A stretch of DNA of 64,000 nt from an uncultured Candidatus Saccharibacteria bacterium (GTDB taxonomy: Bacteria; Patescibacteriota; Minisyncoccia; Minisyncoccales; UBA5738). A program made the position numbers and the translations under genes. The DNA is taken from positions 869 through 64,868 of the forward strand of contig CAZUST010000003.1 of assembly GCA_964623335.1 (NCBI GenBank), in the 5' to 3' direction. The notes beneath the pieces are model-generated. The model saw only the letters and a program-made list of their open reading frames with translations. It was not told the origin of the DNA and did not search any database. Within the stretch, counting starts at the first letter, position 1; every line of letters starts with the position of its first letter. Shown here in pieces: positions 34,003 through 43,920 of this stretch.

Positions 34003-35328
34003 ATGAATTACATTGTTCGCAAAACGATCTTCATTTTTTTTGTTTTGCTTTTTATTATCGCGGCGCCCAGCCTGGCGCTTTACGCGCAAGGATACCGGCT
34101 GAATCTCCCCTACACCAACGGGGCTAAACTGATCGTAAAAACCGGCGGCGTATTTCTTAAAGTAAATCCGAAGCAAGCCGATGTTTACGTCAACGGCAAT
34201 CTTTCCGAACAGACCGATTTTTTCCTTGGTTCATCTTTGGTTGAGAATCTGTTGCCCCGCAAATACAATATTGAAGTAAAAAAATCCGGCTATAAGCCTT
34301 GGAATAAAAACCTTGAAGTGAAAGAAAAGGAAGTCACGGAAGCGCGCAATATTTTGCTTTTTCCGGAAAAACTGGCTTTTTCGCCCGTCGAGGAAAATAT
34401 CGTAGATATTTCAGCCGCCCCAGACCAGACTAAAATCGCGATTCAAGAGCGAACCGCCGACGGCTGGAATTTGCGGCTTTACGATCTGGCCAGCGGCATG
34501 ACCACCAGTTTGGCCGATGACGGCGACTTTTCAGTCAAAGACGCAACCATGGCCGGCTTGGAGTGGATCGATAATTCCCAAACATTAAAGGTGTCGATTT
34601 GGGCGAATAATAAAACCGCGGATTATGCCATCGCCACCGACAAAACTCCGGCCAAAATCGCGCGGCTGACGACAGATACGGCCGCGAATATCTCTACCAC
34701 GACGGTGGATTTGGCAACGGACAGCACGGACGGCAACACCTATAAATTGCAACAGGACGGCTATATCTATAAAAAACCCGCGCAAAAACAAGCTGAAAAG
34801 ATTTCTGAAGCAAGAATGGAGATTGATCCGGCGGCAACTTATAAGTTATGGGTTATTCGCGATTACTATTTCGTTAAAAAAGGATTTGAACTTTACGTAC
34901 TTGTTCCCGGGGCAACTAATTTTAAAAAAATATTCGACGGTTTAACATCGAATCCGGAACTTTCGCCCGACGGTAAAAAAGTAGTATACACGTCAAATTC
35001 CGAAGTCTGGGTATTTTTCTTGGACGATAAAATCGACCAACCCGCTGCCCGGGCCGGCGACAACGAGTTTATCATCCGGCTTTCGGAAAAAATCTCCGAT
35101 TGCCGCTGGCTAAACCCGAACCACTTGATATTCATTGCCGGACAAACAATCAGGGCCGCCGAGATCGACACCCGCGACCGGGTGAATATAATCGAACTGG
35201 CGAAAATATCCGATATTACCGGCAACGAACAAGCGTCGGAAGGCGCACGGCTTTTTTGGGACAACAACAGCAAGACAGCTTATATATTCGCCAACCAAGC
35301 ACTTTACCGATCCACCCCGATAGAATAA
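34003..35328 (+). CDS. PEGA-domain membrane-anchored protein with propeller-like C-terminus
   Basis: YAQGYR, TGG...P..ADVYVNG...Y.IEVKKSGYKPW; SPDGKK. Confidence 0.85.
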   Translation: MNYIVRKTIFIFFVLLFIIAAPSLALYAQGYRLNLPYTNGAKLIVKTGGVFLKVNPKQADVYVNGNLSEQTDFFLGSSLVENLLPRKYNIEVKKSGYKPWNKNLEVKEKEVTEARNILLFPEKLAFSPVEENIVDISAAPDQTKIAIQERTADGWNLRLYDLASGMTTSLADDGDFSVKDATMAGLEWIDNSQTLKVSIWANNKTADYAIATDKTPAKIARLTTDTAANISTTTVDLATDSTDGNTYKLQQDGYIYKKPAQKQAEKISEARMEIDPAATYKLWVIRDYYFVKKGFELYVLVPGATNFKKIFDGLTSNPELSPDGKKVVYTSNSEVWVFFLDDKIDQPAARAGDNEFIIRLSEKISDCRWLNPNHLIFIAGQTIRAAEIDTRDRVNIIELAKISDITGNEQASEGARLFWDNNSKTAYIFANQALYRSTPIE

Positions 35329-35377
35329 TACCATAAGTGTTGTAATCGGTTTTTAAAAGCTGCGGCACAGGGCGGTT

Positions 35378-35514
35378 GTAAAAAATATATTTTCCAAATG
35401 TGTCTCGATACCGCGGGGCGTTAATGCCGCGGATCAGCCAAAGGAGCGCCTCTTTGGGAATCCTCGAAATCAGTAATCCTGAGGCAAGATCTCAAGGAAT
35501 TACCGATTTTAAAA
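35378..35514. repeat. Palindromic repeat, family B
   Basis: Close match to 25166-25302. Confidence 0.8.
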
Positions 35515-35516
35515 AC

Positions 35517-35552
35517 TAAAAACCGTCCCGAGGTTGCCGGGACGGTTTTTTT
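35517..35552. terminator. Bidirectional intrinsic terminator
   Basis: AAAAACCGTCCCG-loop-CGGGACGGTTTTTTT. Confidence 0.85.
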
Positions 35553-35611
35553 AGTTTCAATATTATTCAGCAGAAATTACCTAAAACTATTGTTTGGCGG
35601 ATTCGCAAATC

Positions 35612-35815
35612 CCTTATCAAATTTATATTTTGTTTTACCTCCTCTCCGGAAGACGGCCTTAACGGCGCGGATATCGCTAATATTGCATCAAGGATATATC
35701 CTTACGGAGTATCTAAGAAGTTATCATCCCATCGGTTCCCAAGAATTTGTCCCAGAGGCTATCTTCGGATAAACTACCCGGAGCAAAACCCCGGGTATTC
35801 TGGCGGGGAAATAAA
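35612..35815. repeat. Family C repeat followed by a family A half-unit
   Basis: AGTATCTAAGAA.TTATCA..CATCGGTT...CTTCGGATAAA shared with 49185-49358 and 4805-4930. Confidence 0.65.
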
Positions 35816-35857
35816 ACCCAAAAGGTATGTTTACCATCGAAAGGGATCCTTTAATCC

Positions 35858-36433
35858 CTACCGCTTCGCCCATTGCGGCGCGCGGCGGGCCTTCTTCAAA
35901 CCCGGCTTCTTTCTCTCCTTCATGCGAGGATCGCGGGTCAGATAGCCGGATTTCTTCAAACGCTTTTTAAAATCGGCGTTGAAAAGCACCAGAGCCCGGG
36001 TAATGCCGTGGCGAATGGCATCAGCCTGCGCGATAATGCCGCCGCCTTTAACCACAACACTAATCCGGAAACGATCGGTGCAGTTCATCTTTACCAGAGG
36101 CGCTTCAATAATGTTTTTGAATTCAGCGGGAACGAAATACTTATCAAAAGCTTTGTTGTTGACGGTAAAGCTTTTGTCGCCGCGAGTGTAAAGGCGCACG
36201 CGCGCGATCGCAGTCTTGCGGCGGCCGACAGCTTCGTAGTACCGATCGGCTTTTTTCTTTCCCGAAGCGTCAGTTTCCTGGCTATCGTTCTCGACCGCCT
36301 CAATAGCGGCCTCTTTCAACACTGCAGGAATCGTTTCGGGTTGCTCTTCGCTTTTGACAACCTTGACCGGACGGGCTGCCGGTTTGGCGGCTACCGCAGG
36401 TTCGGGCTTTGAATTTTGCGTGGTTTTTGCCAT
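35858..36433 (-). CDS. rpsI: 30S ribosomal protein uS9
   Basis: GRRKTAIARV, LTRDPRMKERKKPG. Confidence 0.98.
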   Translation of the reverse strand: MAKTTQNSKPEPAVAAKPAARPVKVVKSEEQPETIPAVLKEAAIEAVENDSQETDASGKKKADRYYEAVGRRKTAIARVRLYTRGDKSFTVNNKAFDKYFVPAEFKNIIEAPLVKMNCTDRFRISVVVKGGGIIAQADAIRHGITRALVLFNADFKKRLKKSGYLTRDPRMKERKKPGLKKARRAPQWAKR

Positions 36434-36443
36434 ATGATTTCGT

Positions 36444-36803
36444 TTACATCTGGACGCTCAGGCGCTTAATCATCCTGTCGCGCAATTTATTGTCCGGCAA
36501 CATCCGGTATACCGCGTGGCGCAGAAGCTTGGCCGGATCCTTGGCCATAACGTCATTCCAAGTTTCTTCTTTCAATCCGCCCATATAGCCCGTGTAATGA
36601 TAATTGATTTCGCTTTCCATTTTATCGCCGGTGATCTTCACATCCTTAAAATTTTTGACCACTACAAAATCGCCCGCGTCAATATGAGGTGCGTAGCCAG
36701 GCTTATCCTTGCCCCGGAGCAGTACCGCGACCCGTGTCGCGAGCTTGCCTAAAACGATCCCGGAGGCATCAATTGTATGCTTTTCTCTTTTTATCGTAAT
36801 CAT
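36444..36803 (-). CDS. rplM: 50S ribosomal protein uL13
   Basis: IDA...LGKLA...LRGKDKP, MLP. Confidence 0.97.
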   Translation of the reverse strand: MITIKREKHTIDASGIVLGKLATRVAVLLRGKDKPGYAPHIDAGDFVVVKNFKDVKITGDKMESEINYHYTGYMGGLKEETWNDVMAKDPAKLLRHAVYRMLPDNKLRDRMIKRLSVQM

Positions 36804-36808
36804 GTTGT

Positions 36809-37252
36809 TTAGACGTTTGCTTTAGGGGTTTTGACCGCCTTCTTGGGCGCCCCCTTCCCGGCCCTTACGGCTTTGGCAATCGCCGGAGCGATCACTGCCG
36901 GCCGGTCCAATAGCTCGACAATCGCCATCGGCGCGCCATCTTTCACGCGCGGACCCAGTTTGGCAATGCGAGTATAACCGCCATTGCGATCTTTAAAACG
37001 GGGAGCGATCTCGGTAACAAGCTTGCGAACCGCTGCCATCGGCAGGAATGCCGCCAGAGCTTTTTTACCCGCCAAATCATTCTTTTTGGCCTTGGTTATT
37101 AGTTTTTCCACCAGCGTCGCGGTCGCGCGAGCGCGAACTTTAGTGGTCGTGATCTTTTCTTGCAATATCAAATTAACCGCAAGCGAGCGCTTAAAAGCTT
37201 TGCGTTGATCGGTTTTCCGGCTGAATTTTTTTCCTTTTATTCTCTTATACAT
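36809..37252 (-). CDS. rplQ: 50S ribosomal protein bL17
   Basis: ITTT, VEKLIT, RNGGYTRI. Confidence 0.97.
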   Translation of the reverse strand: MYKRIKGKKFSRKTDQRKAFKRSLAVNLILQEKITTTKVRARATATLVEKLITKAKKNDLAGKKALAAFLPMAAVRKLVTEIAPRFKDRNGGYTRIAKLGPRVKDGAPMAIVELLDRPAVIAPAIAKAVRAGKGAPKKAVKTPKANV

Positions 37253-37273
37253 GTTATCTTGTATTCTTTGAAT

Positions 37274-37963
37274 TTATGCCTCAAAAGCTTTATGCAGCAT
37301 CGCGAAATGGTTTACCAATATTTCGGACGCGCGCGAAAATGCGGTTTCGGCAGTTATGGTGCCGTCAGTTTCGATGTCAAAGATTATTTTATCAAAATCG
37401 GTACGATCGCCGACGCGCATATTTTGCACCCTGAAACCAACTTTCTTGATTGGCGCATACATCGCGTCCATCGGGATGACGCCGATCTCCAGTTTGGATT
37501 TCGCGGAACGGGCATCTTTGGAAGTGTAGCCGGTCCCCTTTTCCACTTTGATCTCCATCTCCAACTTGGAGCTTTTAGCCGTCAGATTGGCGATGTGCTG
37601 GTCGGGATTGACCAATTCCAGCTGGCTGGGAACTTCCAGATCCTTGCCAGTGATTTCCTTTTCCCCCTTGGCTTTTAAAACGCAGATTTGCGCCTCATCT
37701 CCGGTCATCTTAAAGCGAAGCTGACGCACATTGATCATGATCGTGATCACATCTTCCATAACTCCGGCGATCGTTGAAAATTCGTGGGGCACGCCCTTGA
37801 TGTTTATCTGGGTAACCGCCGCGCCCTCCAAAGACGACAGCATCACCCGCCGCAAAGCATTGCCGATGGTAACACCATACCCCGGGAAAAGAGCCTCGAT
37901 TTCAATGAGGGCTTGGTTGCCTTTCTTTTCGATAACTTTTGGAGTCAATGGTAACGGAATCAT
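37274..37963 (-). CDS. rpoA: RNA polymerase alpha subunit, N-terminal domain only (229 aa)
   Basis: GYGVTIGNALRR, HEFSTIAGV.ED, DAMYAPI, IETDGTI. Confidence 0.96.
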   Translation of the reverse strand: MIPLPLTPKVIEKKGNQALIEIEALFPGYGVTIGNALRRVMLSSLEGAAVTQINIKGVPHEFSTIAGVMEDVITIMINVRQLRFKMTGDEAQICVLKAKGEKEITGKDLEVPSQLELVNPDQHIANLTAKSSKLEMEIKVEKGTGYTSKDARSAKSKLEIGVIPMDAMYAPIKKVGFRVQNMRVGDRTDFDKIIFDIETDGTITAETAFSRASEILVNHFAMLHKAFEA

Positions 37964-38058
37964 GTTTGTTTTAGCTGTAAATCCTCGAACGCTTTAGGCC
38001 GCGGAAGCCATATTATAGTCCAGGAAATCAACAGCGATTAAATATTGGATTTTACAAT

Positions 38059-38691
38059 TTAGCGGGCATAGAATTCAAACACCGAACCAATTTCCGCTAC
38101 GGGTTGCAATTCTTCCATTGTCACGTCGCCGGTCTTCTTTCCTTCCATTTTCTCGGCGTTGACCGCCAACCAAGCCGGAGCTTTGTAATTTTTCATAATT
38201 CCCTGCTGTTTGGTAAAGTAAGCGTTCTTTAACTTCCGGGGCGCCACGCTAACCGTATCCCCGGTCTTTATTTGGCGGGAAGGCAGGTTCACCGGTTTTC
38301 CGTTAACCAAGAAATTGTTGTGGCTGACCAACTGGCGCGCGGTAATCCGCGAACCGGCAAATCCCATGCGGAAAACCACATTGTCCAGCCGGTATTCCAG
38401 TTTTTTCATCAATTCCAGCGGCAGGTTGTCGGCACTCCCCTTCTTGGCCAGAATCGCTTTGGCGTAGTTCTTGAATTGCTGTTCGCGCAAATTGTACCAA
38501 ATCTTCAGATTTTGCTTTTCGCGCAGCTCGCGGCCGTATTCGGATAATTGCTTCGTCCTTCTTTTTCCCTTTTTGCCGGGCGCGGTCGGACGACGAACAA
38601 TGGCGCATTTTTGTCCGTAGCAACGGTCCCCCTTCAGAAACAATTTTACGCCGGCTCTCCGGCATTTTTTACATTTGATATTCGTATCCAT
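38059..38691 (-). CDS. rpsD: 30S ribosomal protein uS4
   Basis: SEYGRELREKQ, LEYRLDNVVFR, ARQLVSH. Confidence 0.98.
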   Translation of the reverse strand: MDTNIKCKKCRRAGVKLFLKGDRCYGQKCAIVRRPTAPGKKGKRRTKQLSEYGRELREKQNLKIWYNLREQQFKNYAKAILAKKGSADNLPLELMKKLEYRLDNVVFRMGFAGSRITARQLVSHNNFLVNGKPVNLPSRQIKTGDTVSVAPRKLKNAYFTKQQGIMKNYKAPAWLAVNAEKMEGKKTGDVTMEELQPVAEIGSVFEFYAR

Positions 38692-38735
38692 TTTATTGCT
38701 TGAAAAATTTGATCGGCATTACCAGACCGGCGCGA

Positions 38736-39188
38736 TTACACGCGGCGAGTCTTGCGAGGACGGCATCCGTTATGCGGAACCGGCGTCATGTCCTTGATAG
38801 AAACGATATCCACGCCACGGGCCGCCAACGACCTGACGGCGGAGTCGCGGCCGGACCCGATGCCTTTTACAATCACTTGCACCCTTTCAATGGCGAGCTT
38901 TTTTACCACTTCGGCTACCGCTTCGGCGACTTTTGAAGCCGCGAACGGAGTTCCCTTCTTGGTACCCTTGAAACCGATGCTGCCGGCAGATTTCCAGCAT
39001 AAAACGTTTCCGCCTTCGGTAGCCAACGAAACAATCGTATTGTTGTACGAAGAAGATATGAAAACTATTCCCTGGCGGGTGCGCGCCGTGGCTTTCACCG
39101 TGACCTCCTTTTTTACTTTAGCCTCAACGGCATCGCGTTCTTTCAGGAGCTCTTCCTTATTTTGAGTGGCAACATGCTTCTTACCCAT
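38736..39188 (-). CDS. rpsK: 30S ribosomal protein uS11
   Basis: NNTIV, KGTPFAA, TPVPHNGCRP. Confidence 0.98.
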   Translation of the reverse strand: MGKKHVATQNKEELLKERDAVEAKVKKEVTVKATARTRQGIVFISSSYNNTIVSLATEGGNVLCWKSAGSIGFKGTKKGTPFAASKVAEAVAEVVKKLAIERVQVIVKGIGSGRDSAVRSLAARGVDIVSIKDMTPVPHNGCRPRKTRRV

Positions 39189-39309
39189 CGTAGTAAATTT
39201 AAAGTTTAAATATCAAAATGAAAAATTTTGGTGTTAAAATTTCACGTTGCGAAATTTTAACTATATATTATTCCTTAATTTTGATTTTTGATTTTTCAAT
39301 TTTTAATTT

Positions 39310-39699
39310 TTATGTCGGGCTGGCGGCGGGCTTGCGACCCGAGCCGACGGTCTTGCGGACATTGCCGCGAACGGTACGGGTATTTGTCCGGGTGCGCTGG
39401 CCTCTAACCGGCAAATTGCGCGAATGGCGCATACCTCTCCAAGCCACAATATCCTTAAGGCGCTTGATATTCATCATGATATCGCGCTTCAGATCGCCTT
39501 CAACGCGATAGTGTTTCTTGATGATTTCTTCAATCTGCTTCATCTGCTCGGGGGTTAGGTCCTTGGCCTTAATCTTGGCATCAATCTTGGCTTCCGCCAA
39601 AACCTTCTTTGCAGATGAAAAACCGATACCGTAAATGTATCCCAAGGCGATACCTATTTGTTTGTTGTCGGGAATATTGACACCGATAATGCGTGGCAT
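39310..39699 (-). CDS. rpsM: 30S ribosomal protein uS13
   Basis: IYGIG, LPVRGQRTRTN. Confidence 0.98.
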   Translation of the reverse strand: MPRIIGVNIPDNKQIGIALGYIYGIGFSSAKKVLAEAKIDAKIKAKDLTPEQMKQIEEIIKKHYRVEGDLKRDIMMNIKRLKDIVAWRGMRHSRNLPVRGQRTRTNTRTVRGNVRKTVGSGRKPAASPT

Positions 39700-39793
39700 A
39701 GTTATTTCTTTATGCGCTGTACTCAAAACAAAAACCTAAACTCAAATCTTTTTTGGTTTAAATTTGAGCCATCCGCGTACACACTATACTATT

Positions 39794-39910
39794 TTAACCT
39801 TGACGTTGCTTGTGTTTGGGGTTCTTTTTGCAAATAACGTAAATGTTGCCGCCCCTCTTGACGATCTGGCAATCCTTGCATATTTTTCTAACCGATGCTC
39901 TGATTTTCAT
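39794..39910 (-). CDS. rpmJ: 50S ribosomal protein bL36 (zinc-binding type)
   Basis: Not in ORF track; [38 protein letters not shown]. Confidence 0.97.
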   Translation of the reverse strand: MKIRASVRKICKDCQIVKRGGNIYVICKKNPKHKQRQG

Positions 39911-39925
39911 ATTATTTACCTGATG

Positions 39926-40144
39926 TTACCTTCCGCGGTACACAATGCGGCCGCGGGTTTCGTCGTAGGGACTCATTTCTACCGTAACCTGGTCGCCGGG
40001 AAGAATCTTTATCCGGAACATCTTTAATTTTCCCGCCAGATGGCAAAGGATCTCCCGTCCGTCAGAAAGCTTGACGCGAAAATTCGCGTCCGGCAACGAT
40101 TCAAATACTTGTCCTTGAAATCTCAGTATTTTTTGGTTTGACAT
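39926..40144 (-). CDS. infA: Translation initiation factor IF-1
   Basis: [28 protein letters not shown]. Confidence 0.97.
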   Translation of the reverse strand: MSNQKILRFQGQVFESLPDANFRVKLSDGREILCHLAGKLKMFRIKILPGDQVTVEMSPYDETRGRIVYRGR

Positions 40145-40157
40145 GAAACAATTAAAA

Positions 40158-40186
40158 AGTATATCAAATAATCTAAATTAAGTCAA
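40158..40186 (-). promoter_or_regulatory. Sigma70-type promoter of infA
   Basis: TTGACT-17bp-TATACT. Confidence 0.75.
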
Positions 40187-40233
40187 ATATCCCGACCGGC
40201 ATTTTGCTTGATTTATGCCGCTCCAAATCGTTT

Positions 40234-41676
40234 TTATTCGATGATGGTTTGAACTTCGATCCGATCCAGGTCACGCGGTATTGAATTCCGCCAAATCGGG
40301 GTAAATTTGATTTCAACCTTCATACCTTGTTTCTCAAGAAACATTTTGGCTTCCTGGCCGCTCCTCTCCGACAATCCTTTTTTGAGCTCGTTGTCTTCCA
40401 ACCCGGGATATACCGGAACCCGGGCTGACAATTCCAGAAAAGCATTGCCGGTCACGGGATCCAGCCCTTCATAGGCCGAACTGACTTCCAGTTTAGGTTG
40501 ATAGGCCACCGAACCCTGAGGCACCTTACTTAGAATAAAATCTTTACCCATATTGTCAAGGTCAGATTTCCGATAGACCACTGCTGTCGCTTTTCCAGTC
40601 ATTTGGCTGGTAATCTTACCCAAACTATCGCCTAATTTTGCTTGCACATCGGCGGCGCCAAAATCATACTTTTGGCTTTCCGCGACCATTTCATAACCTT
40701 CCGGAACCTGCAACCGCAATTTCTTTTCCATTTCACTCTTGGCCAAATCGGTGATCGCCTGTTTGGCATTATCCAAGTCGGCTTGGGTTACCAAAGGCGC
40801 ACTACCGGTTGAACCGCCCTGAAACTTTTCGTAGGATTGGGCGATTACATAAATATATTGCGGAGTTCCCGCCAATCCAGGAACAGAAAACGCCGCCGGC
40901 TCAATGTTGTATTTTTCTCCGGGTCGATCGGCAATAACCGTTACGGTTGCGGAACTTTTAGGGGGTAATACTATATCTTGCGTGGTCCGAAACCAAGGAG
41001 TTTCGTCGGCGGCCAACGGCGGATTAAATTTACTTTTTTCAGCCTCCAAGCGCGTATTTTTTACCAATCGCTGCTCGGTCGTATAATTATTAAAAATTTT
41101 GACGGTTCCCGTGGCTTTGCCTTGGGTGTCTTTTTTACCGGTAACGTCCGATTGGTTGCTGATGGTGTCTTCGACGGTAAGTATCAAACCGGAAATAATT
41201 CCCTTTTCTTCATTAACTCCTTGGGCGGCGGGATCGACTATTACTCGCGTTTTATCGCTTAGCTCGCTGGTCGCCGGCCAGATTTTAACCATCGCGCGGG
41301 CAGTTTTCCAATCGATGGCATACATGATCGCGGCAACAACAACCCCGGCTAAAATCAATTTAACCGCCCATCCTTTAATTTTGCCGCCCAATGAATTCCC
41401 GTTATCATCGTCATCGAACCGGGAACTTTCCGATTGACCCATAAAAGTTACTCGCGGTTTTAGCGGCGGCAGCCCAGGCTCAATCGGCGTTTGTATCGGA
41501 GGTCCAGGAATAATTTCCGGTTGGGGCGCGGCGGATTCCGGCTCGAGGCGGGAAAGAGGTTCCGAAGCGGAAATTTTAATGCCTGGAATTTTTATCTCTT
41601 CAGCGGGCGCGGCCGGTGTTTTAATATTGGCGGCACTGTCACGCGGAGGAAAAATATCGATTACTTTTTTTGCCAT
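40234..41676 (-). CDS. Membrane-anchored protein with baseplate-J-like domain
   Basis: Pro-rich N-terminus, TM, KATGTVKIFN, A..PGEKYNI, GG...VTQAD. Confidence 0.7.
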   Translation of the reverse strand: MAKKVIDIFPPRDSAANIKTPAAPAEEIKIPGIKISASEPLSRLEPESAAPQPEIIPGPPIQTPIEPGLPPLKPRVTFMGQSESSRFDDDDNGNSLGGKIKGWAVKLILAGVVVAAIMYAIDWKTARAMVKIWPATSELSDKTRVIVDPAAQGVNEEKGIISGLILTVEDTISNQSDVTGKKDTQGKATGTVKIFNNYTTEQRLVKNTRLEAEKSKFNPPLAADETPWFRTTQDIVLPPKSSATVTVIADRPGEKYNIEPAAFSVPGLAGTPQYIYVIAQSYEKFQGGSTGSAPLVTQADLDNAKQAITDLAKSEMEKKLRLQVPEGYEMVAESQKYDFGAADVQAKLGDSLGKITSQMTGKATAVVYRKSDLDNMGKDFILSKVPQGSVAYQPKLEVSSAYEGLDPVTGNAFLELSARVPVYPGLEDNELKKGLSERSGQEAKMFLEKQGMKVEIKFTPIWRNSIPRDLDRIEVQTIIE

Positions 41677-41864
41677 CTTTTTATAAAAAGCATTATGCTC
41701 GCAATGCGGGCGGAACGATTAGATAAAATCAGTTTGTTATGGTTTATTATAACAAAATAATAATGAAGTGAAAATAAAAAAGACAAAAAGACGCGGAGCA
41801 ATTCGCGCCTTTGGATTCACTAAATCAACCCTTCCCGATTCCGGCCATTTTTTAAGGTAAAAAA

Positions 41865-42596
41865 TTATTGCAAGTTAGCGACAGAAATGATGAGGGCGGA
41901 AAATTCGGCAGGCTCCAAGGAGATGCCGCCGACGAGCAGGCCGTTATAGCCAGCTTCCTCGAGATAAGACGCGCCGTTTTTGGAATTCACGCTACCGCCA
42001 TAAAGCAATGGAATCTTGTCACTGGAAATATTGCCGATGAATTTGGAAACAACCGCGGCTTCTTCGGGACGGCAAGCCTCGCCAACACCGATAGCCCAAA
42101 CCGGTTCGTAAGCAATGATTATTTTAGCGGTATTTACATTGATATCTTGCAATCCTTCTTTTATTTGTTCTTCGATGATATCCGTAATTTTTCCCTCGAT
42201 ACGCTCCTCGCGCGTTTCGCCCACGCATACAATCGGCGTTAGCCCCGCGGCCAAGGCGGCTTTGGTTTTTTTGTTCACTGATTCATTGGATTCATTGAAA
42301 TATTTTCGGCGTTCGGAATGGCCGATAATAACATATTCGCAGCCTGCATCGGCAATTTGCCCCGCTGAAATGGCGCTCGTGAACGCACCGCAATTTTCCC
42401 AATAACAATCTTGGCTTCCCAAAGCAGCCAGACCCCTTAAGCCGTCTTTGACCAAGTAAAAAAGGTGAGCCGGCGGGCAAATCGCAATCTGAACTTTTTT
42501 ACTCTTCTTTATTCTCTTTTTATAGCCGGCAAGGATCTTTTTGGCGTCTTTTACAGTCGCGGGATTGCATTTCCAATTAGCGATAACATAGTTCAT
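41865..42596 (-). CDS. tpiA: Triosephosphate isomerase
   Basis: NWK, GHSERR, AYEPVWAIG, LYGGSV. Confidence 0.97.
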   Translation of the reverse strand: MNYVIANWKCNPATVKDAKKILAGYKKRIKKSKKVQIAICPPAHLFYLVKDGLRGLAALGSQDCYWENCGAFTSAISAGQIADAGCEYVIIGHSERRKYFNESNESVNKKTKAALAAGLTPIVCVGETREERIEGKITDIIEEQIKEGLQDINVNTAKIIIAYEPVWAIGVGEACRPEEAAVVSKFIGNISSDKIPLLYGGSVNSKNGASYLEEAGYNGLLVGGISLEPAEFSALIISVANLQ

Positions 42597-42677
42597 ATTT
42601 AATTTATATTTTTAAAAGATTTATCTCTGGGTAAACAAGACTTTCGCGATGACGCGAAAGCCCTATCCTGTTTCCAA

Positions 42678-43724
42678 TTATTGTTGGCGCAAATATTCGG
42701 CCGCGGCTTCGGGAACAATCGTGGAAATTTCCATATGGGCGCCCATTTCAAACCCGGCCATGGTCGCGGTCTTGGGCCGGATGGTGAAATGCCAGTGGTA
42801 ATAATCATAGTCCTTACCGTCAGCGGGAGCCGTATGTAAATAGAAATTATACGGCGGATCGCTTAACCCCTTATAAATCTTTTTCATCACTCGGGAAAAT
42901 ATATCGGCCAGGCTATTTTTTTCGTCTTCGGTTATCTGTTCAAAATACGGTGAATGTTTTTTGGGCGTGATCACTACCTCGAAGGCCACTTTGGACGCGA
43001 AAGGACAAAGCGCGATGAAATCACCATTCTCGCAGACCATCCGCATTCCGGCTTCAAGTTCCCAAGCAATCATCTCGCATCCCAAGCATTTTTTGGCGCG
43101 GCGGTAGTATTTCTTTGAATTTTCCAGCGCCCCGCGCAGATCAACATCGATCAGCGGCGTGGTAATGATCTGAGAATGAGGATGCGGCTGGGATGCGCCC
43201 GCTTCCACTCCGTGGTTATGAAAAATAGAAATATACTTGACCAAACGGTTGCCCTTTAAGGCAATATAGCGCAAATGATAGGCATTAATAATTTCTTTGA
43301 TCGCCGAAATATCCATCAAGGCAATGCTTTTTTCGTGATCGCGGGTGATCACCACCTCACAAAAGCCGGCCGCGTCCATAAAATGGTAAACCGGGCCCAC
43401 GTGGACCCTGCGCAAACGGGAACTCGCGGGCGGGCAAAATGCCGGATATTTATTGGGGATAACCGCTAAACTCCAATCCGCGGGAAGAGTGCCATCGCTA
43501 ATCTTTTCCCCTTTGGACATTACCAAAACCGGCTTTGACCGGCTATCAAGGTTGCAAAAAGAACAATCCTTAGGAAGCATGTCGGAATGTATCCGCTCCC
43601 GCTTGAAAGCTTCCGGCCGTTTGCCGCGGCCGGGCGAGATCACCACCCAATCCCGCGACACTTCGTCGTAGCGCAGTTGAGACGAGTGGCATTTGCCATT
43701 CAATAGATCTTTGGAATTTTCCAT
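42678..43724 (-). CDS. galT: Galactose-1-phosphate uridylyltransferase family protein
   Basis: RGKRP, CSFC, PNKYPA, GASQPHPHSQ, AGFE. Confidence 0.9.
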   Translation of the reverse strand: MENSKDLLNGKCHSSQLRYDEVSRDWVVISPGRGKRPEAFKRERIHSDMLPKDCSFCNLDSRSKPVLVMSKGEKISDGTLPADWSLAVIPNKYPAFCPPASSRLRRVHVGPVYHFMDAAGFCEVVITRDHEKSIALMDISAIKEIINAYHLRYIALKGNRLVKYISIFHNHGVEAGASQPHPHSQIITTPLIDVDLRGALENSKKYYRRAKKCLGCEMIAWELEAGMRMVCENGDFIALCPFASKVAFEVVITPKKHSPYFEQITEDEKNSLADIFSRVMKKIYKGLSDPPYNFYLHTAPADGKDYDYYHWHFTIRPKTATMAGFEMGAHMEISTIVPEAAAEYLRQQ

Positions 43725-43732
43725 ATTATTTT

Positions 43733-43912
43733 ATTACCCGCCGGAATCCCACGGGGCCTTGCTCCGGGGATGAATGGCGGGGAATCAAACTAGCGGGGCG
43801 CCTTGGGCGCGCGGTAGTTTATTTCCCCGCCGGAATCCCACGGGGCCTTGCTCCGGGGATGAATGGCGGGGAATCAAACTAGCGGGGCGCCTTGGGCGCG
43901 CGGTAGTTTATT
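43733..43912. repeat. REP-like tandem palindromes (family A), two ~88-bp units
   Basis: Near-exact tandem CCCGCCGGAATCCCACGGGGCCTTGCTCCGGGGATGAATGGCGGGG... Confidence 0.9.
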
Positions 43913-43920
43913 TGTCGAAT

